From assembly GCF_001194135.2 (NCBI RefSeq), contig NC_068990.1, forward strand, positions 55,832,843 through 55,896,842: a stretch of 64,000 nucleotides of DNA, given 5' to 3'. Under the pieces are notes generated by a model that had not been told where the DNA came from, did not search any database, and was given only the letters and a program-made list of their open reading frames with translations. Below are positions 12,398 through 25,675 of this stretch, one piece after another. Within the stretch, counting starts at the first letter, position 1, and every line of letters begins with the position of its first letter. This DNA is from Octopus bimaculoides (lineage: Eukaryota). The position numbers were made by a program, and so were the translations under genes.

Positions 12398-15300
12398 ATC
12401 TATCTATCTATATTAGTGGCCAAATATATTTTGAATCCTACCTCACAAGGTAACTTCATGTACTTTGTTTCTTGGGACTTCTGTTTCAAATCCAGTCTCA
12501 TAAATTTTCCTTTGGTATAAAAACGAGGTTTGCTAAAGTTTTACCAACGTTGTCATATCGCGAAAGAACAATATTTCAGACAGAATATCTCTTTAATTTC
12601 GTTCACTATTTACGATTGGTTAAAACATTCGCTATAAACATTATTTTTCAATAAATTTTCATCAAAATTAACATAGTTACAATGAAAAATGTGAAAAAAG
12701 GAAGAAAAAAAAAATATATATATATAGAAATGAATCTGTATTTTCATTCTAAGATGCGCTCAGTCAATCTCTGTCGACGTTAAATAATCATAAGAATCAA
12801 ATGCCCCCCCCCCACTCCGCACATAAAAAAAATGAAAAAAAGTGTGTATTTCCAGATTCTCTATAAACTTTCAACAAACAAGTAGTTTACACAATAACAG
12901 TGGAAATGTCCATGGGTTTGCTAGTATACAATAAACATACATAATACATACAAGGTATAAGTTACAACTTGCACAAATGATACAGAAACTCAGTTTTAGG
13001 CAGACGATAATTTCATGGTAAATTTTCATGAACTGGAAACTTGGTGATAATCATAATGATCAAAATAGAAACAGAATTATTGACACAAACACACAAAGAT
13101 GCTCATGGCAAATCTCTTCACTCTCTCTCTCTCTCTCTCTTTTGAGCTCACATAAAGATTTTGGTTAGGAGAACAGGTTGGATCTGCTGATGCCCATCCA
13201 TTTCTCGTAAAACTTTTATCAAATGAGGCTCTTTTACTTGTTACTAAAAGAGACATGTTTGAATCAGAAACTTGAGAGTTGCCCAACTGTTATATGATAA
13301 AGGGTATCTATTACATTATCTGTATTTATAAAGAAACAAGCTCTTTTTGTCAGGCGTACGTATTCTGCACGCCTCAAGCATTTCTTCTCAATTGCTGGGG
13401 TTACACGTCATCTACATATTAAATTTGGATCGTCAGATAATTTGATAGTTATTTAGATGCATTATTATTATAAAAATAAAATATTTTCCTTCATTATTCT
13501 ATACACCAAGCACTGCTGGTGTATGTTTATATGGGACATAATAATAATCTTTGATCCAACCTGATCTACTTTTATGTATGGGCATGAGTGCTGTGAATGT
13601 GTGTAAAGATTGTTATAATTTATTATTATTATTATTATTAATAATATTATAATATTTTTTTTTTATTTGATATAAGTTGCTTCTGAGCCAAACATTCCAA
13701 GAAAATCGAATGAGAATCATCAATAAGAGACTTCAACAAAAGGCTCTCTTTGGCTCATTGAAAAATACAAGATATATTTCTTACCCTTGGCATGTCTGTT
13801 CGAATCTCACAAGCGCTATTTTTCGGGGAGATTTTTGTTTTCTGTGTTTCTGATGTATTTTATCAAGTTTTGTAATCCTGAAAGTTGAATGAAAATCAAT
13901 GTGAAAACTGTGTTAAGTTAAATTTGAATTAACAATAATATACAAAACTAATGGCTGTACGGGGTTACGGGTTCGGGTATGGAACATACACACATACACG
14001 TGTGCGGAAGCGGCGCGCGTTGTTGCATCTGTTTCAATTTGCTTTTAGCTATCAAAGCTATATGGAAAATTGGGAACATTCGAATATTCTAATATATTAT
14101 GTTTCACAGCTTATCTGTGGTTCAAAATTTAGGAAGTGTTTTTAAATATTTGTTTAAAATATATCATTTTCACTCATGTACTTTTATAATTTTAATGGAA
14201 CAACGATCAAATAATATGTGTCTTCTATACAAAATAGACCCATAGATGAACGTAGGGTAACAATAATTCACTTTAAAAGTAAGGAAGCGTTCAAGAATAA
14301 GTTCATAGATCAGAATTAATGCTTTGTATGTAGCGTACACACAAAGTCTAGTCAATCAATGCCTTAGTAGGTGCTTTGCATAAGCTATCAAAGAGTTAAT
14401 TTTCATGTGAAACATTAGAGACGATTTAAAAACTTTTTAAAATATTCATATACAATTGAATATAATTCTAATGGTTTGAAGTCAGCCTTCAGATGTCAAA
14501 CTGGTTAATACTTTTCATCGGGTGTATTTATTTATTCTTTCTATTGCCAAACCTATTCCCCCCTGATCTTTTAGATATTTATTTCCCCTCGTCTTTTGAA
14601 ATTGGAAAATGAAAAATAAAAAAAGACAAAAAACAAACAAACAAAAGCATAACAATAACAAGAACAACAACAACAACTCCTCAATAAATATAAACTGTAT
14701 GAAAATATATAAACCACAATAAAACCTTACACATCAATAAATATAAACTGCATCAAAATAAATGAACCGTAGCAAAATCTATATCCCAATAAATATACAT
14801 ACACTGCATCAAATTCTCTCTCTCTCTCTTTCGCACCGTCTGGGAAGATAATTTATCGAAAAAGCTTCGTTCTATCCAGACATGTTTCTTTCCCCTTAAC
14901 GTCATAATTATTGACATTCTGATCATTCTGATCAATTCATAGAACTTCTCCCTACCTCCCGTTTTCTTTCTCTTTCTGTGTCTCCCCTCTTTTCTCCCTG
15001 ACCGATTCTTGATATTATATATATATGCGTGTGTGTGTATGTATATATGTTTGTATCAGCATGTTTTATATAAGTACATTAACCCTGACGCTTTTCGTGG
15101 TATCGGTAAAGCTAAATGGATGAGGTACAAATCTCTATTCAAGAGAGGACTCTCGTTTATGTCATACAACAATGATCTATAGCTCTATAGCTTTCAGAAA
15201 AATATTGTATGGTTTAATCACACATTTTCGTATTTTCTTAAGGTACAAGAATTACAAACCAAAATCTCAATTTGGGAAATATTTGAAGCGATTCGCTTGA

Positions 15301-15773
15301 TAAAAGAAATATAATTTCTTCAAGGATCAGTGTTAACTATAAAAGAAATACTCTACTCGTTTCATCTGTACGACATTAAGACTTGGTCTTCTGGTAAGAT
15401 ATATTTAGTAATTTTCTTAAAAATGTTGCCTTTAAGAATATTGATTTTATTCAAGGCTCATGTCCACTCTTGTGGATTACGAGATTGACGTGCTTCTTAC
15501 CCACTATTTTTCTAAGACTGATTGGGAAATAATCGATAGACCCAACTTTAGTATTAATACTCTTATACATTTTATTGACCCCGAAGTAATTAAAAACAAA
15601 ATCGACTCTTGCTGGATATAAATTCAGAATTGCAAGATAGAGGTTTAGATATCGTAGAACACCCCGTAGTTCCTTTAAATTTCTTCGTCAATTCCACTTC
15701 ATCAAATCTTTTTTAATGATTAATATGCGATACGTAATGTTTTCCTCAAAAGAAATGTCGGCCATTAAACTAT

Positions 15774-15838
<65 letters not shown>

Positions 15839-15996
15839 GTGTGCTTGTGTGTGTGTGTGTGTGTTTGTGTGTGTACAATTTAATATCATGTGGGTAATAA
15901 TCTTATAACGTGCACTAACAACTGATGCTAATGCACAGAAACAACTGTTGTGATTTGGATGAAAGCCTCTTCATTTCAGCTTCTTGTTTTATAATT

Positions 15997-16068
<72 letters not shown>

Positions 16069-16669
16069 NNNNNNNNNNNNNNNNNNNNNNNNNNNNNNNN
16101 NNNNNNNNNNNNNNNNNNNNNNNNNNNNNNNNNNNNNNNNNNNNATATATATATATATATATGTATATATATTCTTTTGATTCGGCAAAATGTATCAAGC
16201 TTTTAGTAGAATAGAATACAAACTACATAACAATGCATTTCTCATAGCTTCCGTAAGCCTAATTGAAGTGAAATGAAAACGGTTGTAACTTCACTTCGTC
16301 TCGTTGCACTGAACACCGAGACATGGGTGTCGAGGGAACCATTATGTGTTCCGCCAGTCTGTTAGAAATCGCAGCCGAATCTCCTTCAAACCACACTACC
16401 GTTTTAGGGGGAAAAAAAAAAAAAAATTTAGATAATGCATGTTTGAAATTAAATCGGGGCTGTTACACATGGAACAACTTTGACAATATACGTTTGCGTG
16501 GTAAGTACCGACTTGGGGCTTAAGGGGCTTAAATCAATCAACAACACCAGAGTAAAACCTGCTTCTAATTCATTGAGGAATAACGCTGGACCTTAAGAAT
16601 AGATATGCAGAAGATGAAAAACATTTACTATTGAATACTTCCTTACTTCGAGACTTTTCATGATAATCT

Positions 16670-17075
16670 TTTTTCTTTTACTTGCTTCAGTCGTTGGACC
16701 ACGGCCATGCTGAGCACCGCTTTGAGGGATTTAGTGAACAAATCAACCCTAGTACTTAATTTTTGTTTTAAAGCCTGGTACATATTCTATCGGTCTCATT
16801 TTGCCGAAGCACTTACTTATGGGCGCGTAAATAAACCAACTCCGGTTTACCAGTGGTAGTGGGAGATAAACATAATCGTAGTACACACACACACATACAC
16901 GCGCGCGCGCGTGATGGGTTTCTTTCAGTTTCCGACTACTACCAAATCCAGCCACAAAAGCTTTTGTTGGCCCCGGGTTATAGTAGCAGGCACTTTCCGA
17001 AGGTGATGCCCAGCAATAGGACCGAACCCGAAGCCCGATAGTTGGGAAACTTCTTATCACATAGCCACGCCTGCG
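16670..17075 (-). mobile_element. Full-length SINE family B (tRNA head, CORE-like block, internal microsatellite)
   Basis: Head aggcgtggctatgtgataagaag...; collinear with 24175-24578 and 56660-57055. The ggcaccttgggcaagtg block of the family resembles the CORE motif GTGACCTTGGGCAAGT. Confidence 0.85.
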
Positions 17076-17389
17076 CTTTCCGTTTCTTAGTGTCTTCATT
17101 ATTGCACACTTTCCCTTTTGTTCTCTGATAAACACAAACTCTTTTCTAATTATGTCTTCGAATTGTACATTGATAATAAAGGATGAAACAACTGATATAA
17201 TAAGTGACCGTCAGAGTAAGCTGAAGTGGTCTCACATTAATGAAAGCCTGTATTGGCATTGTTTTGTTTTTCTATTTGTAACACCATTACAGAACTTAAG
17301 TTTTTTTTTAAATATAACAAATATCGTGTAATTAAAATCTACACAAATATCAATGTATGACAATTTGGTATAATTAAAGTACTATTTTG

Positions 17390-17570
17390 TTTAGATCAAA
17401 AGCAAGATGGTTGGATAATATCCTGGGTCTCAGCTGGTCACGCTTAGGAATTCAGCCGGAAAATCTAATAATAGTTGCTTTTGATAGGACCCTAAGGATG
17501 AGATACCTGAGGACTGTACGCACCCCGGCCCTCCCAGGAATCGCGAGTAGAGAAGATGGATGGATGGATG
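17390..17570 (+). mobile_element. 3' end of an RTE-clade (Rex3/Expander-like) LINE with (GATG)n tail
   Basis: RSKARWLDNILGLSWSRLGIQPENL resembles the Rex3/Expander C-terminus GRPRTRWRD.ISRLAWERLGIPPEEL; ends gaagatggatggatggatg. Confidence 0.65.
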
Positions 17571-18016
17571 TTTCTAAATGTTTTTGTCATTTTCCAAGTA
17601 AGGGAAGAAATTTTCATATTTGACATGTTGATTTTTAAGGATTATTGAAATAAGAATTGAATTTTAACCATTCTGATCTGAGTTAGTACCTTATTCTCTT
17701 AATGTTTAAAGAATGTAAGAAACAGGAATTTTGCTGATAGTTGGCATGGAGAATCATAGTGTGGGAAATTTCTACTCCAAAATAATCGTACATGACTAAA
17801 AAAAAAAAAAAAAGGAAAAGAAAAAACAAAGATCGCCAACATCACTAGGAATTTTCGACTGAGCGATAAACAAAATTTGTAGAAATTAATGTCTTTCATT
17901 AAATGGTGATTAGCTCCAATCTAAAATCTTAGTACTTCGTATCTGAGTTAAATGTAATCGCAAGAATTCTAGGAGACTAGTAGGTCAGCCGTTCCGACAA
18001 GTGTCGATATAGTAAA

Positions 18017-18074
<58 letters not shown>

Positions 18075-18590
18075 TTATTCTAGCTGTCAGTAATGTTCAG
18101 CAGTAACGAATAACAAGATTGATATGAAATAAAAGAAAATTGTAGAGAAAAGTATGGCCAATTGAACAAATCGCCAAAACATTGAAGTTTCATATTCTAT
18201 CGACCTATGGTTGTACCAATAACCCCACCCCATCTCCCTCTGTCACACACACACATATACATATACATGCGTATGTATGCACGTATGCATAGTTTGTGGG
18301 TGTATTTGGTGGTGTAGCCATTTCATTTTTTCTCCTTTCCGCTGACGCATGCAGTCGACTAAAGAGCCTGGTGAACGAAATCGTGGTCCGGGTATTAATC
18401 CTTGTTTATCTAAGAAAAAACTAACACATAACAACACACATACATACATACATACATACAAACATACATACATACATACATACAAACATACATACATACA
18501 TACATACATGCATACATTCAAACACACATACATACACACCCGCACATACACATATACGGGTGATACATAACCACCAGGATAGTTCATCTA

Positions 18591-18648
<58 letters not shown>

Positions 18649-19439
18649 GTACACCCACACTTTTTCTCTTTCCTTCCATAGACAAGTTAAAGTGAGAGAG
18701 CCTCCCTGTGGTTGTTCAACATGCCAGAAGTAACAGCCAAATATTCTTTTCAAATCGCAACCTTGAACACCTTAGGAAAGGAATAGTAAACTAGATAATG
18801 TAATTCTATATAACTAATGATGGTCATGGCTGGGATACTGCTGGTATTCACAGGTATGCTTGGTGAGGTCTGACTGGAGCCAAGCAACAACTAGGACTGC
18901 AACGATACACAACCAGCTACTAATGATTATAAGTGAATCCCTAAATTCACACAACCCACAAAATAAATCGAAGGTTTATATGACCAAGCGAGAAGGAGAG
19001 GGAGAGAGAGAGAAAGACAGAGGTGAAAGAGAATTCTTAGCAATCGGCCTCTATTAGAATTCTCTCATTTTTACAGAACACAAACCTATTCTATTGTATA
19101 TATTTCATTGAAATGATGATTACGTTGTGTGAAAAACGAAAATCCTATCGGCACCCTCTGGGTTCATAATGCTCTTATGAAGTCACTCCATCGTCACCTT
19201 AATCTGTGAATTCATTAGAATTTCATGAGGCATCACTCTCTTCCTCTTTCTCTCTCCCTTTTCCTCCCCTCTCTCTTTCTCCATTAGATTCGATGCGAGC
19301 ACTTCGCTGTAGCTTTACTATTGAAGAGACACGAGTAAAGTGGAGACTTTGAGCATAGAACGCAAAAAAAAAAAAAAAGAAAAACCCAGAGCAGATAACA
19401 CAAGGAGTCGTGTTTGACTCTAACACTTTCGCTAATCCG

Positions 19440-19571
19440 CTGCCTTCGATTGATGTATTACTTATTGAACACCCTAGAAAGATGAGAAATAAGATTGATT
19501 TCGACGGGATTTGAACTCAAAGCAGCAGACACTAGAGCAAATACGGTAAGACATTCTATCTGACAGCCGAC
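19440..19571 (-). mobile_element. Degenerate SINE family A interrupted by a MITE
   Basis: gattgatttcgacgggatttgaactcaaa matches the family A B-box region. Confidence 0.55.
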
Positions 19572-19761
19572 CAGTGGTTCCCAACCCTTTTATTTAAATG
19601 AGTTTTCTCACGGACCCTTTGTAATATGCTTATCCTTATGTATGTATATATATATATATGAAATTTTGAATTTAGTTCACGGACCTCCAGTACTACCTTT
19701 GCGGACCACCAGGGGTTCACGGACCACCAGGGGTCCACGGACCCCAGGTTGGGAACTACTG
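19572..19761. mobile_element. hAT (Charlie-type) MITE, 190 bp
   Basis: TIRs CAGTGGTTCCCAACC / GGTTGGGAACTACTG; subterminal cggacc/ggtcc repeats; 8-bp flanks cagccgac and cattagac match 5/8. Confidence 0.85.
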
Positions 19762-20079
19762 CATTAGACTATCATTTTGCTCATGATTGCTGCCGTTGAT
19801 TACGAATAATTTCCTTCTAAATTTGCTTCGTGTTAGCTAATACATTTATATAATTCGATTGCGATATTTCTATCACGACAATCGTGATTTTTTCCTGGAT
19901 TATTGTTTTCAGAGTTAAGTTCTTCAATAGGCTTGCTTCATTTAAGATATCAAGGGAAATTTGGCTGTTATTTCTTTTAACACCCTTCAATCTCTCTACT
20001 CCTGTTTCTTGAAAAATTGCTCAGTCTATATATAATTTGACTTCAACCTATCCAATGCTGAAATTTCCACCTCACATCT

Positions 20080-20418
20080 GTTTCGGGTTCCATATGACCC
20101 CTTATTGCCTATATAAGATTTTGGTGGTCCACACAAACAAAACAGAAAATTGCGGAACCACAGTAGTATTTTATGGTTCCATGAAAATATTTTGCTTCAG
20201 ATGTATTTATTTATTACAAAAGACAGCTACGTTTCTTTCTCTGACGTTTTAAATAGCTTAGCTTACACAAGTGAATGTATAAATACCAAAATAGGAATTT
20301 TGAAAGAAGAATCTATAAAACTAGATTTTAAATATCAAATGGCTATGGGGGTCCACCAGCATAGAATAATAATCAAAGGGTCCACAGGTAATTAAAAAAA
20401 TGGCTGAGAATCCCTGAT
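20080..20418. mobile_element. Probable hAT non-autonomous element, right end only
   Basis: Ends aaaaaatggctgagaatccctg (cf. hAT aaaaggttgagaacccctg) with gg(t/g)tcca subterminal motifs; left TIR not found. Confidence 0.45.
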
Positions 20419-20677
20419 CTACGACTAAACCACAACAATTAAATATTAACCTTCAGACTTCACTACATTATTCCGACCGCCATCATCCGATAGGAGTGTT
20501 TAAAATATTAAGGTCATTGCTACTCACCCTCACCATGTAAATTCCAAAGTGCTATAAGATTCTAAAATCACAACTACGTATCAGTTGAAAAACAGAGCAA
20601 CAGAAACAGTTGAAAAGCATTTAATCATAAAAAGAATTATCTCCAAGGGTTTAATTCTATCGACTTTNNNNNNNNNN

Positions 20678-20764
<87 letters not shown>

Positions 20765-20768
<4 letters not shown>

Positions 20769-22075
20769 TGAAATTGGAAAGTTTGGTAAATATAGGGCCT
20801 AACTCTGGGATGCATTGTTTGAGGGGTACGTCAGGGCTTTTGGCCTCTTTGGTTTGAAGCGACAGGAGTTGCTTTCGTACTGTGTGTGTGTGTTAGTGGG
20901 AAAGAAGGGATAGTTTTTGAGATTTATCAAATGTGTATAGTGTATGCAAAACGGGTAGCAATATGGATATATATTCCGCGTGAGTATTGATTATAAAAAC
21001 ATCATATTTGAGAAGTGGCGGAATGGCAAATTCCTACAAGTTGCTAGAGATCTTTTGGGCATTTACCAAAAAGATCTCTACACCTGTTTCTTGGAGCGAG
21101 AGAGCATGGGGGCTGTGCAATGCGCAGAGACATCCTTTGTGGCTGAGATGAAGATAGTGCAGGAATTAAGATCTTGGAGCAGAATCATTCAGTTTGTATA
21201 TGTATGTGATCTTCTCCAAGTGCTGCCGGTCGTGTTTTTTTTTTTTTTTTTACCAAAGTGCTGCAATGCATCTATGATTGAACTATTTGGGAGACTTGCT
21301 GCTTCGGGCTTTGGTTGTGTGTAGAGTGTTGAGAGGTGAACCTGAAGGATAGTTTTAATCACATATTTAACTATTTCTGATGTCAGATATGAAGCGTATG
21401 TGACGCTAAGGATAGTTAGCATAGAAAAAGTGGAGTTCCTGCTAGTCAGCTGATTTGAAGTGACATACAGCTCGGTAAATTGGATGCGTTGGTTTGTATG
21501 TGGATATTTGATAGGTTGTCGCAGTAAGACAGTGATAAAATGACTCGATAGGTGCAGAGACGGGATAGTTTGGGTGAATTTGGGTCTGGAAGGGAGAAAG
21601 AGCTCGGGGTTGAGCATTGAAGTGACAGAAGATGATTAATTTAGAGAAGTGTGAAACAAGAGAGAGGTTCGCAATATAAAAATAGATATAATCGAAGAAT
21701 TGTTGGTGTTTGCAGGAGTTAATGGAGTTGTAGAAAAGCAGGTATATTAAGAGGAGTGAAGGCGGAGACTTTTGAGCCAGAGTAACTGGAAGGTTTTTGT
21801 TGCTGATACCAGTGAGAAAGGTGAGTTGTAGTGATGAGAGTGAATCTACATGGTCGTAGATACCACCTTTCGAAGCGACGTTGAAATAAAGAATATAGCC
21901 GGGACAGAAGAGATGCTCTATAAATAAGGGTTGAGAGAGGAACAAGATAAGTTTTTTTTTTTTTTGCTTGTGAAGAGGTAATCTGTGAGGTATGATTTAG
22001 ATAAGAGAATATGGATGTTAAAGAAGAGGAGGGAACATTTCCAGTGTGTTTAGTTTTAGTTTTTGTAATCAAAGG
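20765..22075 (-). mobile_element. Decayed CR1/L2-group LINE fragment (APE endonuclease to start of RT)
   Basis: Remnants SLTSIFSYLNHTS (APE N-terminus), KLIIFCHFNAQ (cf. IILGDFNAH) and LQTKEAKSPDVPLKQCIPELGPIFTKL (cf. KA.GPDG.P..VLK.CA.EL...L.KLF); many stops and frameshifts. Confidence 0.75.
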
Positions 22076-22150
22076 AAATGTACAGAATATCGGTGTGCGT
22101 TAGGGTCACTACAACCTCCTGTCGCCAGAACGACTATATATTGATAATTT

Positions 22151-22180
22151 CTGGATTGCTAAGAATTCTTAGCAATCCAG
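22151..22180. repeat. Perfect 30-bp palindrome
   Basis: ctggattgctaagaattcttagcaatccag equals its reverse complement; extends to 22146-22185 with 1 mismatch. Confidence 0.95.
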
Positions 22181-23669
22181 GAATTGCAGGTAGAAGAATG
22201 ACATGCGCATATTTCCTGTTTGTTAATTGATCAAACGAAAGGGCAGTCCAAATGCTTTTTAAAATACGTGTATCAGGTATGAAAAACATGTGTATGGGTT
22301 AATAATAATATATCACATTAACAAGTTGATACTGAATATTATTAATATTGTTTCAATCTATGTCTTTAGATATTTTTCATCGAGCCAAATGTTGAAAAAT
22401 ATCGATGGACTATGTTACTTACCGTCCTGTGGTCATCATTTCGCAGTTAGTCCGAATGTCAAGTTCTCTTCGAAAGCACAGACTAAGCAGAAGTTAAAGC
22501 TACTGTTTTTAGTCGAAAGAAATTGGGGAGCAAAGTTAGTGAGTAGTAGTAGTTAGTCATTTAGTTGTTCAGTTGGTGCGTGGTCGCTGTCCAATCGAAT
22601 CTCTTCAGAATATTTAACAGATAGCCATATATGGATGGGGTCAACTTCCAGTGACAGATGCTTTTTACTCATTTCACTACTACCTCCACGCTAATTGATC
22701 TTTAAAAGGGGATGCCAAACTGACCAATCAGATATCATCCTATTAGGCTATCTGCGAGATATAAGGGCCTAGGATAAATAAAAAAATAATAATAATAATA
22801 ACAATAATATAGGAAAAAACAAAGATAAATCAATTAAACAAAAACAAAAGTAAAATAAATGAAAAAGAAGATACAAGTCATGTAAAAAAAGAAGAAAGAA
22901 AAAGAAAGTGTTTAAAATAGTTTTGTTAAAAGAATGGATTTATTTTTTGTAGAACATAGCAAAATACAAATATGTCTGTTCTTGTTTTCTTTCCTTTTTC
23001 AGAATGAAACCATAGCTTAATTTAAAGAATAATGACTGGTTGTTTCTCGGTGGTAAATAACCTTTATCATGACGAGTGTTGTATTACTTTGCCTGCCCAG
23101 GAATATAAGAATCATACCAATAACCATTATAAGAAAGATATACAAAGAAGAAAATTTAGGTTATTGTTAATCTAATTAATGCAGAGTACATTAAAAAGTT
23201 AACAAGAAATAATTGTGTAAGAAGAAAAAAAATATCAGTAGCTAATATTATTTAAGTAAATACGGGAGACTACTCTGACCATATCTTGGTCTCATTATAA
23301 CCTCATTAGCGAACTTTCCATAATACTGGTACAAGAGAATCAATAAATAAATGCACAAAGTGTACATTGATTAGTGTAGGGACATCACAAAAGCTAACAA
23401 GAAATAATAATGAGCTAAGAAGAAAAATGCCTGACAACGTAACATTGGTCAATGACCAGGAATATTTTAATCATAGCAAAAGAAAGTATTGGACAATTTT
23501 TCGATATATTTTGATTTTACTTAAACGTATGTGTATGTGTGCGTGTGTGTATACACACACACATATACACATACATAAATGTAGGAACAGTGAATCTCGA
23601 AGCAAATAAAGCTGTAAATAACAGCATGTAAATATTGGATTAAAATCACTTTGAATAAAAAGGTCGAAG

Positions 23670-23740
23670 GATGCCCGTGGGACTCAAACCCACATCTCCT
23701 ATGAACATGTTAGGTATTCTACCATTGGCCCAAGGTAATT
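23670..23740 (-). pseudogene. tRNA-like relic or isolated SINE head
   Basis: A box TGGGCCAATGGTAG; T arm gtggg-TTTGAGT-cccac; acceptor stem does not pair. Confidence 0.5.
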
Positions 23741-24174
23741 CTTAAAATTCCTATCCATTTTAAAAACTTTATTCTTAAACACTAGTATTTCTCGCTTTAT
23801 TTGCTTTCAGATACAGCTTTTCTATTTCACGTACTCGCAGTTTCTAAATTCTGATGACATGAGCAATATATATATATATATATANNNNNNNNNNNNNNNN
23901 NNNNNNNNNNNNNNNNNNNNNNNNNNNNNNNNNNNNNNNNNNNNNNNNNNNNNNNNNNNNNNNNNNNNNNNNNNNNNNNNNNNNNNNNNNNNNNNNNNNN
24001 NNNNNNNNNNNNNNNNNNNNNNNNNNNNNNNNNNNNNNNNNNNNNNNNNNNNNNNNNNNNNNNNNNNNNNNNNNNNNNNNNNNNNNNNNNNNNNNNNNNN
24101 NNNNNNNNNNNNNNNNNNNNNNNNNNNNNNNNNNNNNNNNNNNNNNNNNNNNNNNNNNNNNNNNNNATATATAT

Positions 24175-24578
24175 ATACTCTTTTACTTGTTTCAGTCATT
24201 TGACTGCGGCCATGCTGGAGCTCCGCCTTTAGTCGAGCAAATCGACCCCAGCACCTATTCTTTGTAAGTTTAGTACTTATTCTATCGGTCTCTTTTGCCG
24301 AACCGCTAAGTTACGAGGGCGAAAACTCACCAGCATCGGTTGTCAAGCGATGTTGGGGGGACAAACACAGACACACAAACACACACATATATATACATAC
24401 ATATACATATATACGACGGGCTTCTTTCAGTTTCCGTCTACCAAATCCACTCACAAGGCTTTGGTCGGCCCAAGGCTATAGTAGAAGACACTTGCCGAAG
24501 GTGCCACGCAGTGGAACTGAACCCGGAACCATGTGGTCGGTAAGCAAGCTACTTAAAACACAGCCACTCCTGCGCCTA
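24175..24578 (-). mobile_element. Full-length, well preserved SINE family B
   Basis: Tail, internal (CA)/(TA) tract, CORE-like block and tRNA head all present. Confidence 0.9.
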
Positions 24579-24984
24579 TATATGTATATATATATATATA
24601 AAATATATATATGATATACACATATGTATAATATATATATGATGTGTATATGTAAAATATGTATATACAATATATATAATATTTATAAATATAATATATA
24701 TGTATATGTATATAATATATAAGTGTATATATATAATATATATAATATACATATATAATATATATATATGTAGAGGGAGAGAGAGAATAAAAGAATACAT
24801 TTTATATATATTGTTTTATTCTTTTATATGCTCCAGCCTTGAGGCTTCGGCCATGTTGGGGTACCGCCAATATATATATAATGTTAAGACAATTTTATGC
24901 TAGTATAAAAATATAGAATTATATAAATCTTCCGAATATTTTTGATTAGTTATTCATTGAAATAACTCTGATTGAGAAATAGAA

Positions 24985-25135
24985 GCGTGTTTGGATGATG
25001 TCCTTTCTACTCTAGGCACAGGGCCTGAAATCTTGGGGAAGAAGGCTAGTCGATTTTCATCGACCCCAGTACTCTATTGATACTTATTTTATTGATCCCG
25101 AAAGGATGAGTGGCGAAGTTGACCTCGGCGGCTAA
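24985..25135 (-). mobile_element. SINE family A, 3' part
   Basis: cgaccccagtac...tacttattttattgatcccgaaaggatga...gttgacctcggcgg. Confidence 0.8.
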
Positions 25136-25675
25136 CGTGTTTGAATATTTTCAAGAATGTGACGAACTTGCAACTTGGTGAACTGTTAAGTATATCAGGG
25201 AAATACACAAAGAAATCCGCGATGGCGACCCATATATTTCAACCTGCTGAGAATATATGATACCTGATGCTAATGATGATGAGGAGGAGGAGGGGAAAGA
25301 AAGAGTAGGATAAGGAGAAGGGGTATGATGAAGATGATGATGATAATAAAGAGGAGGGTGAGGACGAAGAAGAAAAAAACGATGGTGATGATGATGATGA
25401 TATTCATGATAATGATGAAGATGATCATGACGATGGTGATGATGAGGATATCTTAAGCATTCGCTTAAGACAAGACAAAAAAGAATTCATGAAAGGTAAG
25501 TTATGCTTTTTTCAGAACTTACTTTCAATCTTTCCTCTCTAGCAGAATCTAGATAGATATCGCCCTAAGTCAAAATTTTATCGCAGAAAACAAGGATTAC
25601 TAATGAATATTCAATTTCACTTTTAGCTTAAGACAAACCTCATTTAGATACTGGTGGTTTTATCATACACACTAG

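Noticed and set aside
18817-18859. WDTAG (small GTPase-like) in one frame and MMVMAGILLVFT|gtatgc (signal-peptide-like) in another
   Set aside because: The WDTAG frame is bounded by stops and lacks other G-box motifs; the hydrophobic mini-exon has no supportable downstream exon.
22979-23060. Strong splice acceptor (polypyrimidine + cag at 23002)
   Set aside because: All three downstream frames close within six codons; no evidence for a coding exon.
23670-23740. Functional tRNA gene
   Set aside because: Acceptor stem unpaired, anticodon arm irregular and T loop TTT instead of TTC; kept only as a relic.
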